A DNA stretch of 64,000 bases, the filler included, from Octopus bimaculoides (taxonomy: Eukaryota): NCBI RefSeq assembly GCF_001194135.2. It is 7 parts of 6 records of this genome, joined end to end, with 100 filler letters (N's around TTAATTAATTAA, not from the genome) between each part and the next. Parts side by side here need not be neighbours in the genome. Positions count along the whole stretch, not along the records: positions 48,938 to 55,884 come from NC_068982.1; positions 55,985 to 59,642 come from NW_026423624.1; positions 59,743 to 61,651 come from NW_026417977.1; positions 61,752 to 64,000 come from NC_069004.1; 3 more parts are not named here. The stretch is one strand, 5' to 3'. Positions within the stretch are counted from its first letter, which is position 1, and the number at the start of each line of letters is the position of its first letter. Positions 51,461 through 64,000 of this stretch are shown here, piece by piece. Below the pieces are notes generated by a model that saw nothing but the letters and a program-made list of their open reading frames with translations, was not told where the DNA came from and ran no database searches. The position numbers and the translations under genes were made by a program.

Positions 51461-52462
51461 ATATATATATATATATATTATTTATATTATTATATNNNNN
51501 NNNNNNNNNNNNNNNNNNNNNNNNNNNNNNNNNNNNNNNNNNNNNNNNNNNNNNNNNNNNNNNNNNNNNNNNNNNNNNNNNNNNNNNNNNNNNNNNNNNN
51601 NNNNNNNNNNNNNNNNNNNNNNNNNNNNNNNNNNNNNNNNNNNNNNNNNNNNNNNNNNNNNNNNNNNNNNNNNNNNNNNNNNNNNNNNNNNNNNNNNNNN
51701 NNNNNNNNNNNNNNNNNNNNNNNNNNNNNNNNNNNNNNNNNNNNNNNNNNNNNNNNNNNNNNNNNNNNNNNNNNNNNNNNNNNNNNNNNNNNNNNNNNNN
51801 NNNNNNNNNNNNNNNNNNNNNNNNNNNNNNNNNNNNNNNNNNNNNNNNNNNNNNNNNNNNNNNNNNNNNNNNNNNNNNNNNNNNNNNNNNNNNNNNNNNN
51901 NNNNNNNNNNNNNNNNNNNNNNNNNNNTATATATATATATATATATATGCATAACTGTAAATTTACCTATAGGACACACCTTTCTCGCATTTCTGTTTAC
52001 GCTGTGTAATATTTAAATATCTAAATTACTGACGAATTACTAACATACTGAATGATATTTGCTCCACGTTCTACTTATACGAATACCTACTTTTTAAAAT
52101 GTAAGTAACGCTTTCGGCGTTTCATATGGCTTAGCTACAAATAAAATATACTTGTCTCCTATATTTATGAAATATCAACAAAAATTATTAATTAATATGC
52201 TTACTAACACTAGGATATTTAATCTGAATAAACTCTGGTCCTTTGATATTTAGTTATGGCTGCTGGCTCAACTGTTTTCTATGTTTAAGATCAGTGTTTC
52301 GAATAAAGTCGATTCTGTCAGTTTAAATTAATATTTATATTTATACGCTTAACTTCAAATGTTTAACTTCAAATCATTTCTCCAGTTATAATATACATGA
52401 ATTTTCACATATGTTTCAGTGTTTATTTTCTTAAGGTACAGTATTCGTGTGTGTGTGCTTGC

Positions 52463-52512
<50 letters not shown>

Positions 52513-55500
52513 CGTCTGTGTATGTTTTTGTGCGTGTGTCTTAACACTTTATCTAGAGATTGAACCCAAAAAGTTATGTCTCTATTTTCAAACTGTTAGA
52601 ATATGTCAGTTACAACTGCTGGTATAAGTGGATCAGTTTTTCAGTGACAGGTGGCTTTAACTTTTGTCGAATTAGGAGCTACATCATGCTGTGTCAGTTA
52701 TTTATTGATCTACATGACCTAATGTGAACGTATAATCACTACATTTAGCATTACGTGAAAAAATGAACAAAGATTGATCTTTAAGAGCAACTCGTTTCTC
52801 TGAAATTTAGTTTTCAATTGCGAACTGGAACCTTAATTCAGATACGTTTTTCAGCTATATCAATGATACAAGTATTACCAGACCTTAAAATAGGGATGCG
52901 CTTCAACTGGAGAAAATCCTAAATTTAGACACCCATCCAAGATAGACAACTGTGATTGTATGCTAATAACTGTAAAACGTGTCACCTAACTGTCTCACAA
53001 GTTTTGAAAGAAGCAAGTATCTGCCAAAGATCGTATCATGACTTTAAAACGAAAATAGAAGATACATCATTTTGCAGTAAAATTTGTGGTGATTTTGCTG
53101 GCAGATGAAGAAAGAGAGTCGAGTCAGAGTTAGTCAGACAGGGTTTCGTTTTTCAGATGACAACTTACGGAAAATTAGCTAGTGACGAAATATGTGTATA
53201 CTGCAAAGATGTCGAAACCAAAAAGTAGGCATCAGTGCAGTGTGCATATTCACCGGGACAAAATCGTACACCAGAATTTCAAACATGAGAAATCAATATT
53301 GGCCATCTTCTTTTGTTAGAAATGTGATATTGTTCTACGGAGCTAGTCAGTCAATAAAGAGTTATATGTTAACACTTGAGAGCTTTAACAGAAATATTTC
53401 GCAGGAAAATGTACCTGGCAAGAGCAAACAAATCCTAGATGTTTCACTACGATGACGCATCTTCTCACACATCGTTATCTATCCTTTGTTATTTTGGCAA
53501 AGTACGAAGCGGTCTTTCACTACAGCCATGATTCTTTCTGGATTGTGACATTGTGGGCTACTTTGTGCCCAGAATTAAATATACACCCCGTAATGTTATT
53601 CATTATTGATGATTAAAGAGGTCGAAAGGACTTTCCCATGCGAATTATGCATGGGAAGAAAATTGGAAGAAGCGCATTCATAGTAATAAATGGTATATTA
53701 AAGGAAATATGTCTGAATAATTTCAAATAACTACTAAATCCGTTGCAATGTTGAGTATAGGTTAGTTTATCGAACTGTGAAGAACGTTATTTTTCACGTA
53801 AAACTGTATTTATATGCTTAAATTGTAGCAGTAACTAAAGAACTGGCAATTGATATAAAGAGTAAAATATACAGGATTTGCACTGGAAGCATGATGTATT
53901 TGGTGAAAAGTAACCTGTTGATACAGACTATGATGAATTAATGAGGAAGAGCTTGAGATCAGAAGCCCACACCTACGAATAATGGAAAACATTGATAATA
54001 GATTATTGTCTGGGACACCAATAAAAGCTTTGCTGTTTTTGATTGTGAACACGTACCAACTGATGGCTTGTATGTGTTTAAGAGAACAGACCCAATAGAG
54101 GTATCAATTCAGAAACAATACACTAATAAACTATGACGAAGGGAAGGAAGTTAAGATAAAAATAAACTGTTGAATTTATTATTGATTCTTTGACATTTGA
54201 GTATCTTGAAGTACAAGAAGCCGACAAACAAACAGAAAGGGGCAGCGCAAATCTATTTGTTGTAGTAGTAGCTCTCTGAGAACTTTTCATATAGACAGTT
54301 GCGACACAATTAATATTGCCTTTTCTACACAATTAATATTGCCTTAATGGAGAACTATAAGAGAGAATTGAACAGTGACCATAAAACCTACATTCCATAC
54401 GAGGTGTTATCTTCGAATATACTAACCAATAAGCCTCTTTTAAAAAATAGAAGAGTGCCATTCCATGTGAAATTCTCTGGTGTTTCTATAGGATAATCCC
54501 CTGTGGACGAAATTGCCTTTCTTTGGTTTAGATGACCACATACATTTTCACACTAAACAACAGCATTTATGTTGGACAAAATCAACAAATATGAGAGGGC
54601 AAATGTTTTTTTTTGCGTACACTTTTGAACGTTGTAAATTAAAAGCAAAGTTTGAGGGCTACGTAGAATTTTGTGCGGAATTAAAACTGGAATTTTGCGT
54701 CAGATATTTAGAGTTAGCATGTGACTCCTGATTTCTAAAATTCAAAATAGAATAACGAATTTAATAAAAATTTCAATGGAATGTTTCTCCATTGCAAAAA
54801 TTTAAATTTAAATCCATATAACATGTATATATTGCTTGTATTTATTCCTTACACCTTACATAGTTAAAATAGAATGTAAACTTCACAATATTTCAACATG
54901 AGAATGGGAACTACTCAGGTAAATATTATAAAACAATTACTCCACTCTACAGCATATGTGTCGACATCACATGAGAGATGTGAATATAAATAGAAGAAAA
55001 GAAAAATACTGACTTTGAGGATGGAAGACATATTTTAGATTTGTTGCGAGAGAATACGATTTTGTTCGAATATAAGTAGCAATAATTTTAAAAAACTCTA
55101 AAGTCGAAGAAATCAAAAGAATATTTTATGTAGTGCATTAACACAACAGTAAATCCAACGCTAATGTTTTGTTGATGAAATGGATCATATTTAATCCTAG
55201 TATATCCTAAAAATCAAAGCTCAAACCGACAGTGATTTCGAGTTGTTTTAGGTACACTAATATATTTTCCTTTTCATTTTTTATCTTTATTCATGTTAAA
55301 CACTATATATAATCACCTGTCAAAACATTTGGTCCCATGCAAGCAGTTAGGCCTGCCTGAAAGGCTTCCGTAGGCGAGGCTCTATATCTTTTAAGGATGT
55401 ACATCGTATTGTATGCATAAACACACGTGCTTATGCGAAGAAATATATGCAGGGCTTATTAGTTCAATACGCAAATATAAAAATAACATGAATATTGAAA

Positions 55501-55596
55501 ACTTAGAAGTATTTGTACAAATGTATCAAATGTATGTATGTATTCTGCAACTATTTAGATTAAGGCTCCCCAAATATATATGCCAGATATCCATTA

Positions 55597-55660
<64 letters not shown>

Positions 55661-55984
55661 CTCTCTGAATATATTCATACACCTCGCTCACATGTGAGTA
55701 TGTAAGACATATCTCAAAATATATACACAAACATACACACAGACATACACCACATATACATAGATGGAGAGAGATTTGTGTTTTTGTGTGTATACATACA
55801 TTATATATATATATAAATATAAATATATGTATATATGTATGTATACATACATGTATACACACATATATGAATGTATACACCCATNNNNNNNNNNNNNNNN
55901 NNNNNNNNNNNNNNNNNNNNNNNNNNNNTTAATTAATTAANNNNNNNNNNNNNNNNNNNNNNNNNNNNNNNNNNNNNNNNNNNN

Positions 55985-56138
55985 ACACGACGGGCTTCTT
56001 TCGGTTTCCGTCTACCAAAACCACTCAAGGCTTATGGTCGGTCTGAGGCTATAGTAGAAGACACTTGCCCAAGGTGCCACGCAGTGGGACTGAAATCAGA
56101 ACCATGTGGTTGGTAAGCAAACCTCTTTCCACTCAGCC
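55985..56138 (-). mobile_element. SINE family B, 5' half
   Basis: GACGGGCTTCTTTCGGTTTCCGTCTACC...GACACTTGCCCAAGGTGCCACGCAGTGGGACTG. Confidence 0.8.
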
Positions 56139-56239
56139 AATACACACCCACACAACTTATTCAAATTAGACTGGTTTAACAATCTGAGAGTATTTAAGTA
56201 TTAGTAACACCAGAATCTACTCAAACCATAAAATTATAT

Positions 56240-56418
56240 TCTTTTAAATTTTGGCACAATACCAGCAATTCTTAGTTTATTACACCGACGCCACTACTTG
56301 ACCTGTACTACAGTTATTCGATACCGAAATGATGAAAGACAAATTTGAACGTAGAACCTAAAGAAACGCCGGTAAACATTTTGTTCGACGCGGTTACGAC
56401 TCTGCCAGCTCGTTGCCT
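56240..56418 (-). mobile_element. SINE family A, diverged
   Basis: TTTGGCACAATACCAGCAATT...GACTCTGCCAGCTCGTTGCCT. Confidence 0.55.
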
Positions 56419-57486
56419 CAGAGAGTCAGGCTCTGCGAAATTTGAATCCAAAACGCAGAACCGGAAGAAATGCCGCTAAGCATTTTGTTCGACGCGGTAA
56501 ACATTAAAACCAAATATTGGCATTAAATGTCCGCAAGACATTGTTTTGAACACGATATTTCAAAAGAAAAAGAAAATAAGAAATAATAGTCATAATAATA
56601 ATAATGATAGTAATAATAATAAACGTACCTTGAAGGAAGCTAAAAGACGAAAGTATGGGTAACGTTTTTTTGTCGTTGAATAATTGTGACAGTATCGAAT
56701 AATAATATAGAATACGGTTTTGTTTTTTTATGAAATTCGGTCTTTTTAAAACTCAGTTTCATTCTAAAATAGTGACAAGTTCTTTGGCAGGTGCCATAGA
56801 AGACACTCCAACCGACAACGAATAAATATCTATCACCAGACAATAACAGACACACACCTATCTATCTATCTAAAAATGTATGCATGTATGTAGCTATCTA
56901 TCTATCTATCTATCTATCTACATACATACATACATACACACACATATGTATCGACATGAAGCGGCGGACACAAACACATGGACATCTCTACATCTACTCG
57001 GAACACACACACAATTCTCTATTAGTTCAATCGATTTCTCCCCTTATATAGTAGCCAGACTGGACAGCAGAAAACAGCACACTACTTCAATAATAAGAGA
57101 TAAGACCAGTAACAACGCTGCATCTATATTTCCAAAATACTCCATAAAGAAATAACATCAATACATGCATTTTTAATGGAAACATGCAACTTGTGTGTAT
57201 ATTTAGCACACGAGGTCTAGCCTTATTTTTGTCGTTTCTTTGATTTTCTTTTTGGTAAGGAGGCGAGCTTGGTATTCAGTTTATTGTATGTGAGTAGGAC
57301 TGGGATCTATATTTTGTTTCTGTATTTCTTTTATGTATATTAACATGATGTATTTCTTGTTATTTTGGGGGATGGTCATTCTTTTGCCAATTAACCACAC
57401 GCATTGTATACTTGGCTTTCATTTCAGCTTTATTATTGTTGTTATTATTATTATCATTCTGTTGTGTCTGGGGAGAGTCATTTTCT

Positions 57487-57527
<41 letters not shown>

Positions 57528-57644
57528 AAAGAGAGGGAAAGAGAGAGAGGAAGTTGAAATTGTTCTTCCTGGTGTTGAGAAGATCCAGATCAGGTCAGAC
57601 CGAGCCAGATTATGATCTGCAAAATACTCCAACCATGGCCATCC

Positions 57645-57875
57645 TGTCGTGTTTTTATTCTTCTATCTTTTACTCATTTTAGTCATTAAACCGACTGCGG
57701 CCATGCTGGGGCAAAGCCTTTAAGAATTTTAGTAGAGCTAATCGACCCTAGTACTTATTTTATTACAAGCCTGGTACTTATTCTACCGGTCTATTGCCGA
57801 ACCGTTAAGTTACGGGGATGTAAACAAACCCGCACCGATTTGTCAAGCGGTAGTGGGAGGCGAACACAGACACAA
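57645..57875 (-). mobile_element. SINE family B, 3' half
   Basis: GACTGCGGCCATGCTGGGGC...GCCGAACCGTTAAGTTACGGGGATGTAAAC. Confidence 0.75.
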
Positions 57876-59597
57876 TTACTACATTACTCGATGTGTTCCT
57901 CTAGTAAGTAATACGTTATGGTGCAATATAAATGAGTTTTGACTGCTATTTCTAACAGATCGGGAGAACCATGTAGAGGATGATTCCTCGGTGGGTGGTA
58001 TTATGAGAGTAATAGAAGTACATAAAAGAGTACATGTGCGTGTAAGTGTGTGTAAATATAAAAACAAGTGTGTGTGTGTGTGTGTGTGTGAAATCGTGAG
58101 AACAGCAGATGGTATTGAGTAATTCGAGCATTCATGACTTACAAGTTACCATACATGATTATTCTCACTTTTAGTGTGTGTGTGTGAGTGTGTGTGTGTG
58201 TGTGTGTATGAGTGTGTGTGTGTGTGTATGTGTGTGTCAAATAGAATTCAGTTTATTTTACATGAAGTCATTGAGTGGAGATATTTTCTTCGTTTTCTTT
58301 AAAAGATAAAGATGCCAACCACATGGTTCCGGGTTCATTTCCACTGCGTGGCACCTTGGGCAAATGCCTTCTACCTCCCCTTTTCAGTCACTTAAGACAG
58401 TGCATTTGTGGCTTTTTGAGTTAGTTTAACTCTTATCTTTAGCAAAAGTGGTGCTAGTCAGTAAGTACCCTCTATAACTTTTGTGATCCTCTTAATTTTG
58501 CCGTTAGGTTCTAATTGCTAATAAACCACCCCTTTTTTAATTTATTGTGTACATATAAATACAATATATGTAATGTATATGTATACACAGAAAGTGTGTA
58601 CACGAATGCAACTGGATTTTAAATGAATGGAAAACGTAGTCGCTAGAGAAATAGAATGCAAATGTTTATTACAAAATTCAGCTTACTCGGTTACCTACTA
58701 TACCCAGTGTTTCGCATATACTGCCGATCGCCTAAGTAATTAGAGAGACTAATGTTATACAATGACACACACACACGCGTGTATTTGTCTATAAGGTATG
58801 AATGACGATGTATCTAAGGTAACGATGCTTACGGACAACAAATGTACAGAAATGGCTATCAAATGACTGTCCTCGAATTACTACATTGGCGCAAGTAAAA
58901 GTTAGAATTGTTGGGTGGCAGGGATAAGGACTCGTGTTAAAGCCGAGTCACACCATTAACTTAACTAGAATTACATCAAAGTCGTATTACTTACTGAATT
59001 AGAATCATTTAAAGCAAACGCCAACCACGTCACAAGAGTGTTTGAGTGTGTAGGTCTTATAATTTATATATAATGCATTTACTAATTACATACACGTGCA
59101 TATTAAAACAATTTCCCCCCCCCCCGCACCAGCATGTATACACACACACACAATGTATACACACACATGTAATGATTACAAAGGATGATGAATATAACAC
59201 GCACATGCGAACACGAACAGGAAAATAATTTAAAATTTGCATTAATTTTAAAACAAAGAACACAATAAGTGCGCAGGCGCGCTCCCCTTATTACATTATA
59301 GTTAACACATGGAAGAAGTCAAACGCACAATTGATGAAACACACAGATGCGCACCGACACACATACAGACACACACACGCACGCACACAAATGCTAAAGT
59401 TTATAATACACACGCGCGCGTGCATATATATATATATATATTCTTAAATATACTCAAATACCCAAAATTTCAAGGAGTTCCTGCCTTAAAAACAGGAGCT
59501 AACCACAGTTATTTTGTGTTCTTTGCTACATTGGTTTCTATTAACCCATTTATTCTATCAGAAGAATTTTTATTCATTAAGATAGAAGAAATACACA

Positions 59598-59638
<41 letters not shown>

Positions 59639-59767
59639 TACANNNNNNNNNNNNNNNNNNNNNNNNNNNNNNNNNNNNNNNNNNNNTTAATTAATTAANN
59701 NNNNNNNNNNNNNNNNNNNNNNNNNNNNNNNNNNNNNNNNNNATATATATATATATATATATATATA

Positions 59768-60195
59768 GTGTGCATGTTCAACAGAGTTTAAGCATCTTGA
59801 GAGAAAAGTTAGGCATAAGAGGAATCAGATGTAGTGTGCAAGAGAGACAACTAGACAGGTATGGTCATGTGATGCGTATGGACAAGGACAGCTGTGTAAA
59901 GAAGTGCCGATCTCAAACTGTGGCGGGAATCTGAGGTAGAGGTAGACTCATGAAAACATGGGAAGTGATGGTGAAGCATGATCTTTGAACTTTGAGCTTC
60001 ACAGAGGCAAGGACTGGTGATTGAAACCTTTGGCGATGTGCTGTGCTTGGGAGGACCCATCAAGCCAAGTACAACCATGCTGATGGCACATAAAGAACAT
60101 CTTTTGAATGTTGGGCCTCACGGAGGCAAAATGGCTGAGTTCCTTTTGAGCACTGGGCTTCATGGAGGCAAAGTGACTGAGTTCCTTTTGAGTGT
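59768..60195 (+). mobile_element. RTE-like LINE 3' region with short tandem repeats, running into a gap
   Basis: LREKLGIRGIRCSVQERQL..YGHVMRMDKDSCVKKCR..GRGR..KTW; two units of TGGGC(C/T)TCA(C/T)GGAGGCAAA..GAGTTCCTTTTGAG. Confidence 0.8.
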
Positions 60196-61001
60196 TNNNN
60201 NNNNNNNNNNNNNNNNNNNNNNNNNNNNNNNNNNNNNNNNNNNNNNNNNNNNNNNNNNNNNNNNNNNNNNNNNNNNNNNNNNNNNNNNNNNNNNNNNNNN
60301 NNNNNNNNNNNNNNNNNNNNNNNNNNNNNNNNNNNNNNNNNNNNNNNNNNNNNNNNNNNNNNNNNNNNNNNNNNNNNNNNNNNNNNNNNNNNNNNNNNNN
60401 NNNNNNNNNNNNNNNNNNNNNNNNNNNNNNNNNNNNNNNNNNNNNNNNNNNNNNNNNNNNNNNNNNNNNNNNNNNNNNNNNNNNNNNNNNNNNNNNNNNN
60501 NNNNNNNNNNNNNNNNNNNNNNNNNNNNNNNNNNNNNNNNNNNNNNNNNNNNNNNNNNNNNNNNNNNNNNNNNNNNNNNNNNNNNNNNNNNNNNNNNNNN
60601 NNNNNNNNNNNNNNNNNNNNNNNNNNNNNNNNNNNNNNNNNNNNNNNNNNNNNNNNNNNNNNNNNNNNNNNNNNNNNNNNNNNNNNNNNNNNNNNNNNNN
60701 NNNNNNNNNNNNNNNNNNNNNNNNNNNNNNNNNNNNNNNNNNNNNNNNNNNNNNNNNNNNNNNNNNNNNNNNNNNNNNNNNNNNNNNNNNNNNNNNNNNN
60801 NNNNNNNNNNNNNNNNNNNNNNNNNNNNNNNNNNNNNNNNNNNNNNNNNNNNNNNNNNNNNNNNNNNNNNNNNNNNNNNNNNNNNNNNNNNNNNNNNNNN
60901 NNNNNNNNNNNNNNNNNNNNNNNNNNNNNNNNNNNNNNNNNNNNNNNNNNNNNNNNNNNNNNNNNNNNNNNNNNNNNNNNNNNNNNNNNNNNNNNNTTCT
61001 G

Positions 61002-61220
61002 TAATTTCAACCAATCACTGACGTCCATTCAGCCGATATACATTAAGTGCCGACTACATAAACAAACGATTCTGAAACAATTAACCCTAACCCTAGGGTT
61101 AGAGTTAGGGTTAAAGCAAATTTAAAATGAAAAAAGCAAATAAAACGAAGAATCGTTTGTTTATGTAGTCGGCACTTAATGTATATCGGCTGAATGGACG
61201 TCAGTGATTGGTTGAAATTA
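61002..61220. mobile_element. MITE-like foldback with 72-bp perfect arms and inverted telomere-like core
   Basis: 61002-61073 is the exact reverse complement of 61149-61220; centre TAACCCTAACCCTAGGGTTAGAGTTAGGGTTA. Confidence 0.8.
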
Positions 61221-61424
61221 TCGAAATAAGACAATTTTTTACATGAAATAAATTCGAATACAAAAATATTTTTCTGTTCTATAACACAAAATAGATAAGT
61301 ATACGAAGTTTGAAAGTCTTTCGGTACCAAAAGCACTACGTAAAACATTAATGAAAAATGTGGCCCCCGTTTTAAAAAAGATCCTATATATATCTTCTAC
61401 ACGTGTACATATTATATATATATT

Positions 61425-61651
61425 CTTTTATTTTCTACTTGTTTCAATCATTTGACTTGCAGCCATATTGGAACACCGTCTTAAAGAGCTTTAGTCTAAG
61501 AAATCGACGCCAGGACTTACTCTTTGCAAGCCTAGTACTTATTCTATAGGTCATTTTTGCCGAACCTCTATGTTACGAGGACATAAATACATCAGCATCG
61601 GTTGTCAAGCGAAGGTGGTGGGAAAAACACACACACACACATATATATATA
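61425..61651 (-). mobile_element. SINE family B, 3' half
   Basis: TACTTGTTTCAATCATTTGAC...GCCGAACC..CAGCATCGGTTGTCAAGCG. Confidence 0.75.
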
Positions 61652-61928
61652 NNNNNNNNNNNNNNNNNNNNNNNNNNNNNNNNNNNNNNNNNNNNTTAAT
61701 TAATTAANNNNNNNNNNNNNNNNNNNNNNNNNNNNNNNNNNNNNNNNNNNNATGGAGATGAAAAAATATAATAGATGCTTGGTTCATTTTATATTGAGGA
61801 ACTTTCTTTCAATATATTTGATAAAGCTAGCTGGTATCTGGATTGCTATTAAAAATCCCTTACGGGGAAATTGCTTCCTCAAATTGAGAATAATATATAA
61901 GGTATATATATATGCGTACATATATATA

Positions 61929-62384
61929 CGAGGTGAAGTAAAAAATTTTCCGCACTTTCGCCATAACACATCATTATTATTGTCACACAGCTTTCTGCGC
62001 ATGCGTGCTTCAGTCGGTACTATTGTGATTACGTGATCGCAGTTTGAGCCTGATCGCGTAATTTCTCTTTCTGGCTTTACAGTGAAAGCATGGCCACTCC
62101 ACTAGCAATGTGCCCCAAAGAAGAACAAAGAGCAGTGATCCGAGAGATAGTAATGGTGAACCGGTTCACTATTATCATCTTTCGAACTTGCTGAATCTTC
62201 TCTTCAGTGGTGGAGGCTGACGGGCATCCTGATCCCTCTTCATGCGTCACACTTGTCCGGCCACTTTTAACTTCTCGATCCACTCATACACCCGTCTACG
62301 CGGTAGTGCACTGTCCCCTTATTGTGCTAAAAGCCTCCGATGAATTTCAGCACCTGGTACACCTTCCGACCACAGAAATCGGAT
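61929..62384 (+). mobile_element. Mariner 5' fragment with an internal inversion
   Basis: TA-CGAGGTGAAGTAAAAAA TIR-like start; ATG 62090 gives MATPLAMCPKEEQRAVIR, and the continuation (FLWSEGVPGAEIHRRL..VYEWIEK..SGRTSV) lies on the minus strand 62384 to 62144. Confidence 0.8.
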
Positions 62385-62393
62385 ATATATATA

Positions 62394-62820
62394 TTAGGTC
62401 GTCCGGAAAGTTCTGAGCGTTTTATAGCTAAATCGTTTAACGTTTCATTTAACATACCTGAAAGGTAACACATTTAAAACTTTGGCGTTGTTTGAAGTGG
62501 TAATGCATCTCTTCTTTGTTCCTTGTCTAAAAATAGATTTAGCTTCCATTTCGGTTACCCTTTATTGACTTTTGAAATGGTTCCCTAAAAATTTCATATT
62601 TGCATTGCAATGTTTTTCTTTCTTAGAAATGGAGAAAATGCTGCAAAGACTTTCTAAAACATTTGTGAAGTTCGTGGTGATGATACTGTAGGTGAATCTA
62701 CTGTTCGAATGTGGTTTGCAAAATTTAAAGCTGGAAAATTTAGATTGAAAGATGACAGTCGCCCTGAAGATCTTCAAAATTGGATATTTCGAAGGCAAAA
62801 TGTCGAAGAAAACTCAAATA
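62394..62820 (+). mobile_element. Second mariner (SETMAR-like) 5' fragment running into a gap
   Basis: TA-TTAGGTCGTCCGGAAAG start; remnants NGENAAKT..NICEV.GDDTVGESTVRMWFAKFKAGKFRLKD. Confidence 0.75.
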
Positions 62821-64000
62821 TNNNNNNNNNNNNNNNNNNNNNNNNNNNNNNNNNNNNNNNNNNNNNNNNNNNNNNNNNNNNNNNNNNNNNNNNNNNNNNN
62901 NNNNNNNNNNNNNNNNNNNNNNNNNNNNNNNNNNNNNNNNNNNNNNNNNNNNNNNNNNNNNNNNNNNNNNNNNNNNNNNNNNNNNNNNNNNNNNNNNNNN
63001 NNNNNNNNNNNNNNNNNNNNNNNNNNNNNNNNNNNNNNNNNNNNNNNNNNNNNNNNNNNNNNNNNNNNNNNNNNNNNNNNNNNNNNNNNNNNNNNNNNNN
63101 NNNNNNNNNNNNNNNNNNNNNNNNNNNNNNNNNNNNNNNNNNNNNNNNNNNNNNNNNNNNNNNNNNNNNNNNNNNNNNNNNNNNNNNNNNNNNNNNNNNN
63201 NNNNNNNNNNNNNNNNNNNNNNNNNNNNNNNNNNNNNNNNNNNNNNNNNNNNNNNNNNNNNNNNNNNNNNNNNNNNNNNNNNNNNNNNNNNNNNNNNNNN
63301 NNNNNNNNNNNNNNGTGTATATATGTATGAGTATACGTATATATATATTTATGTACATATGTGTGTGTGTGTGTGTGTGTGTACATATATACAGATGTTA
63401 ACATACAGTGTAAGAATGTGTATAATATATACCTACTTATTTATATGCTTTTATGTATACGTATAAGTTTGTGTATGTCTATGAGTGTGTGTGTGTACGT
63501 GAGAGTGTGAGTGTGACTGTGTTTATGTGTGTGTGCGTGCGATTACGCATGTGAGTATCTGTCTATTCACATCGATTGAAAAACTTAGTGAAATGAATTA
63601 CAAATGAATCAATAAAAACTACTTTTGCAGTGAAAGAGAGAAAAAAAAATGCAATTTTGATAAAATGGACGAAAAGACGGAGAGGTACGTAAGTGAATGA
63701 ATGTTATATCGAGAAGAAAAAAACACTGTGTTTTAAAGAGAGGAAAAGGAAGTAGCGTAGTGAGGGAAATGAACAGGAAAAAATATAGGAAGACAAACTG
63801 CCAGGCACACAGGTAGGCAGATAGGCAGACAGGCAGACAGGCACACAGGCAGAAGGGTAGGCTGCAAGACAGACAGACAGACACGTGGTTGTATAGATTT
63901 ATATTGAGCAATATATATACAGACATATGTATAGATTCCTACTGAGCAAGATATATAGACATTCTTTTATTTATTTTCTTATATATATATATATATATAT

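Noticed and set aside
12878-63466. Many long ORFs rich in X, YI, HT, CV or poly-I/K/R
   Set aside because: They arise from N gaps and TA/CA/TAA/GAA microsatellites and have no coding signal.

Overview
AT-rich, microsatellite-dense animal draft assembly with many N gaps. It is most likely a coleoid cephalopod (Octopus-like), inferred from repeat content and not verified. One host gene is visible: three + strand exons (2653-3052, 6358-6557, 7264-7351) of an ERG/KCNH2-family K+ channel covering S4-S5-pore-S6, the C-linker and the start of the CNBHD. I could not find the next exon in the remaining ~56 kb, so the rest is probably intron or intergenic. That sequence is filled with tRNA-derived SINEs, Tc1/mariner relics, RTE-, R4/Dong- and CRE-like non-LTR fragments and an ORF1-only (gag-knuckle) element. 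The most striking non-coding signal is a set of small foldback (head-to-head inverted) elements carrying type I hammerhead ribozyme motifs with palindromic helix III, as known from Penelope-like elements. The best example (12264-12738) is a ~475-bp near-perfect palindrome with an intact-looking hammerhead on each strand. Related complete, degenerate or partial motifs lie at 1373-1623, 2121-2376, 19333-19368 and 26366-26565.
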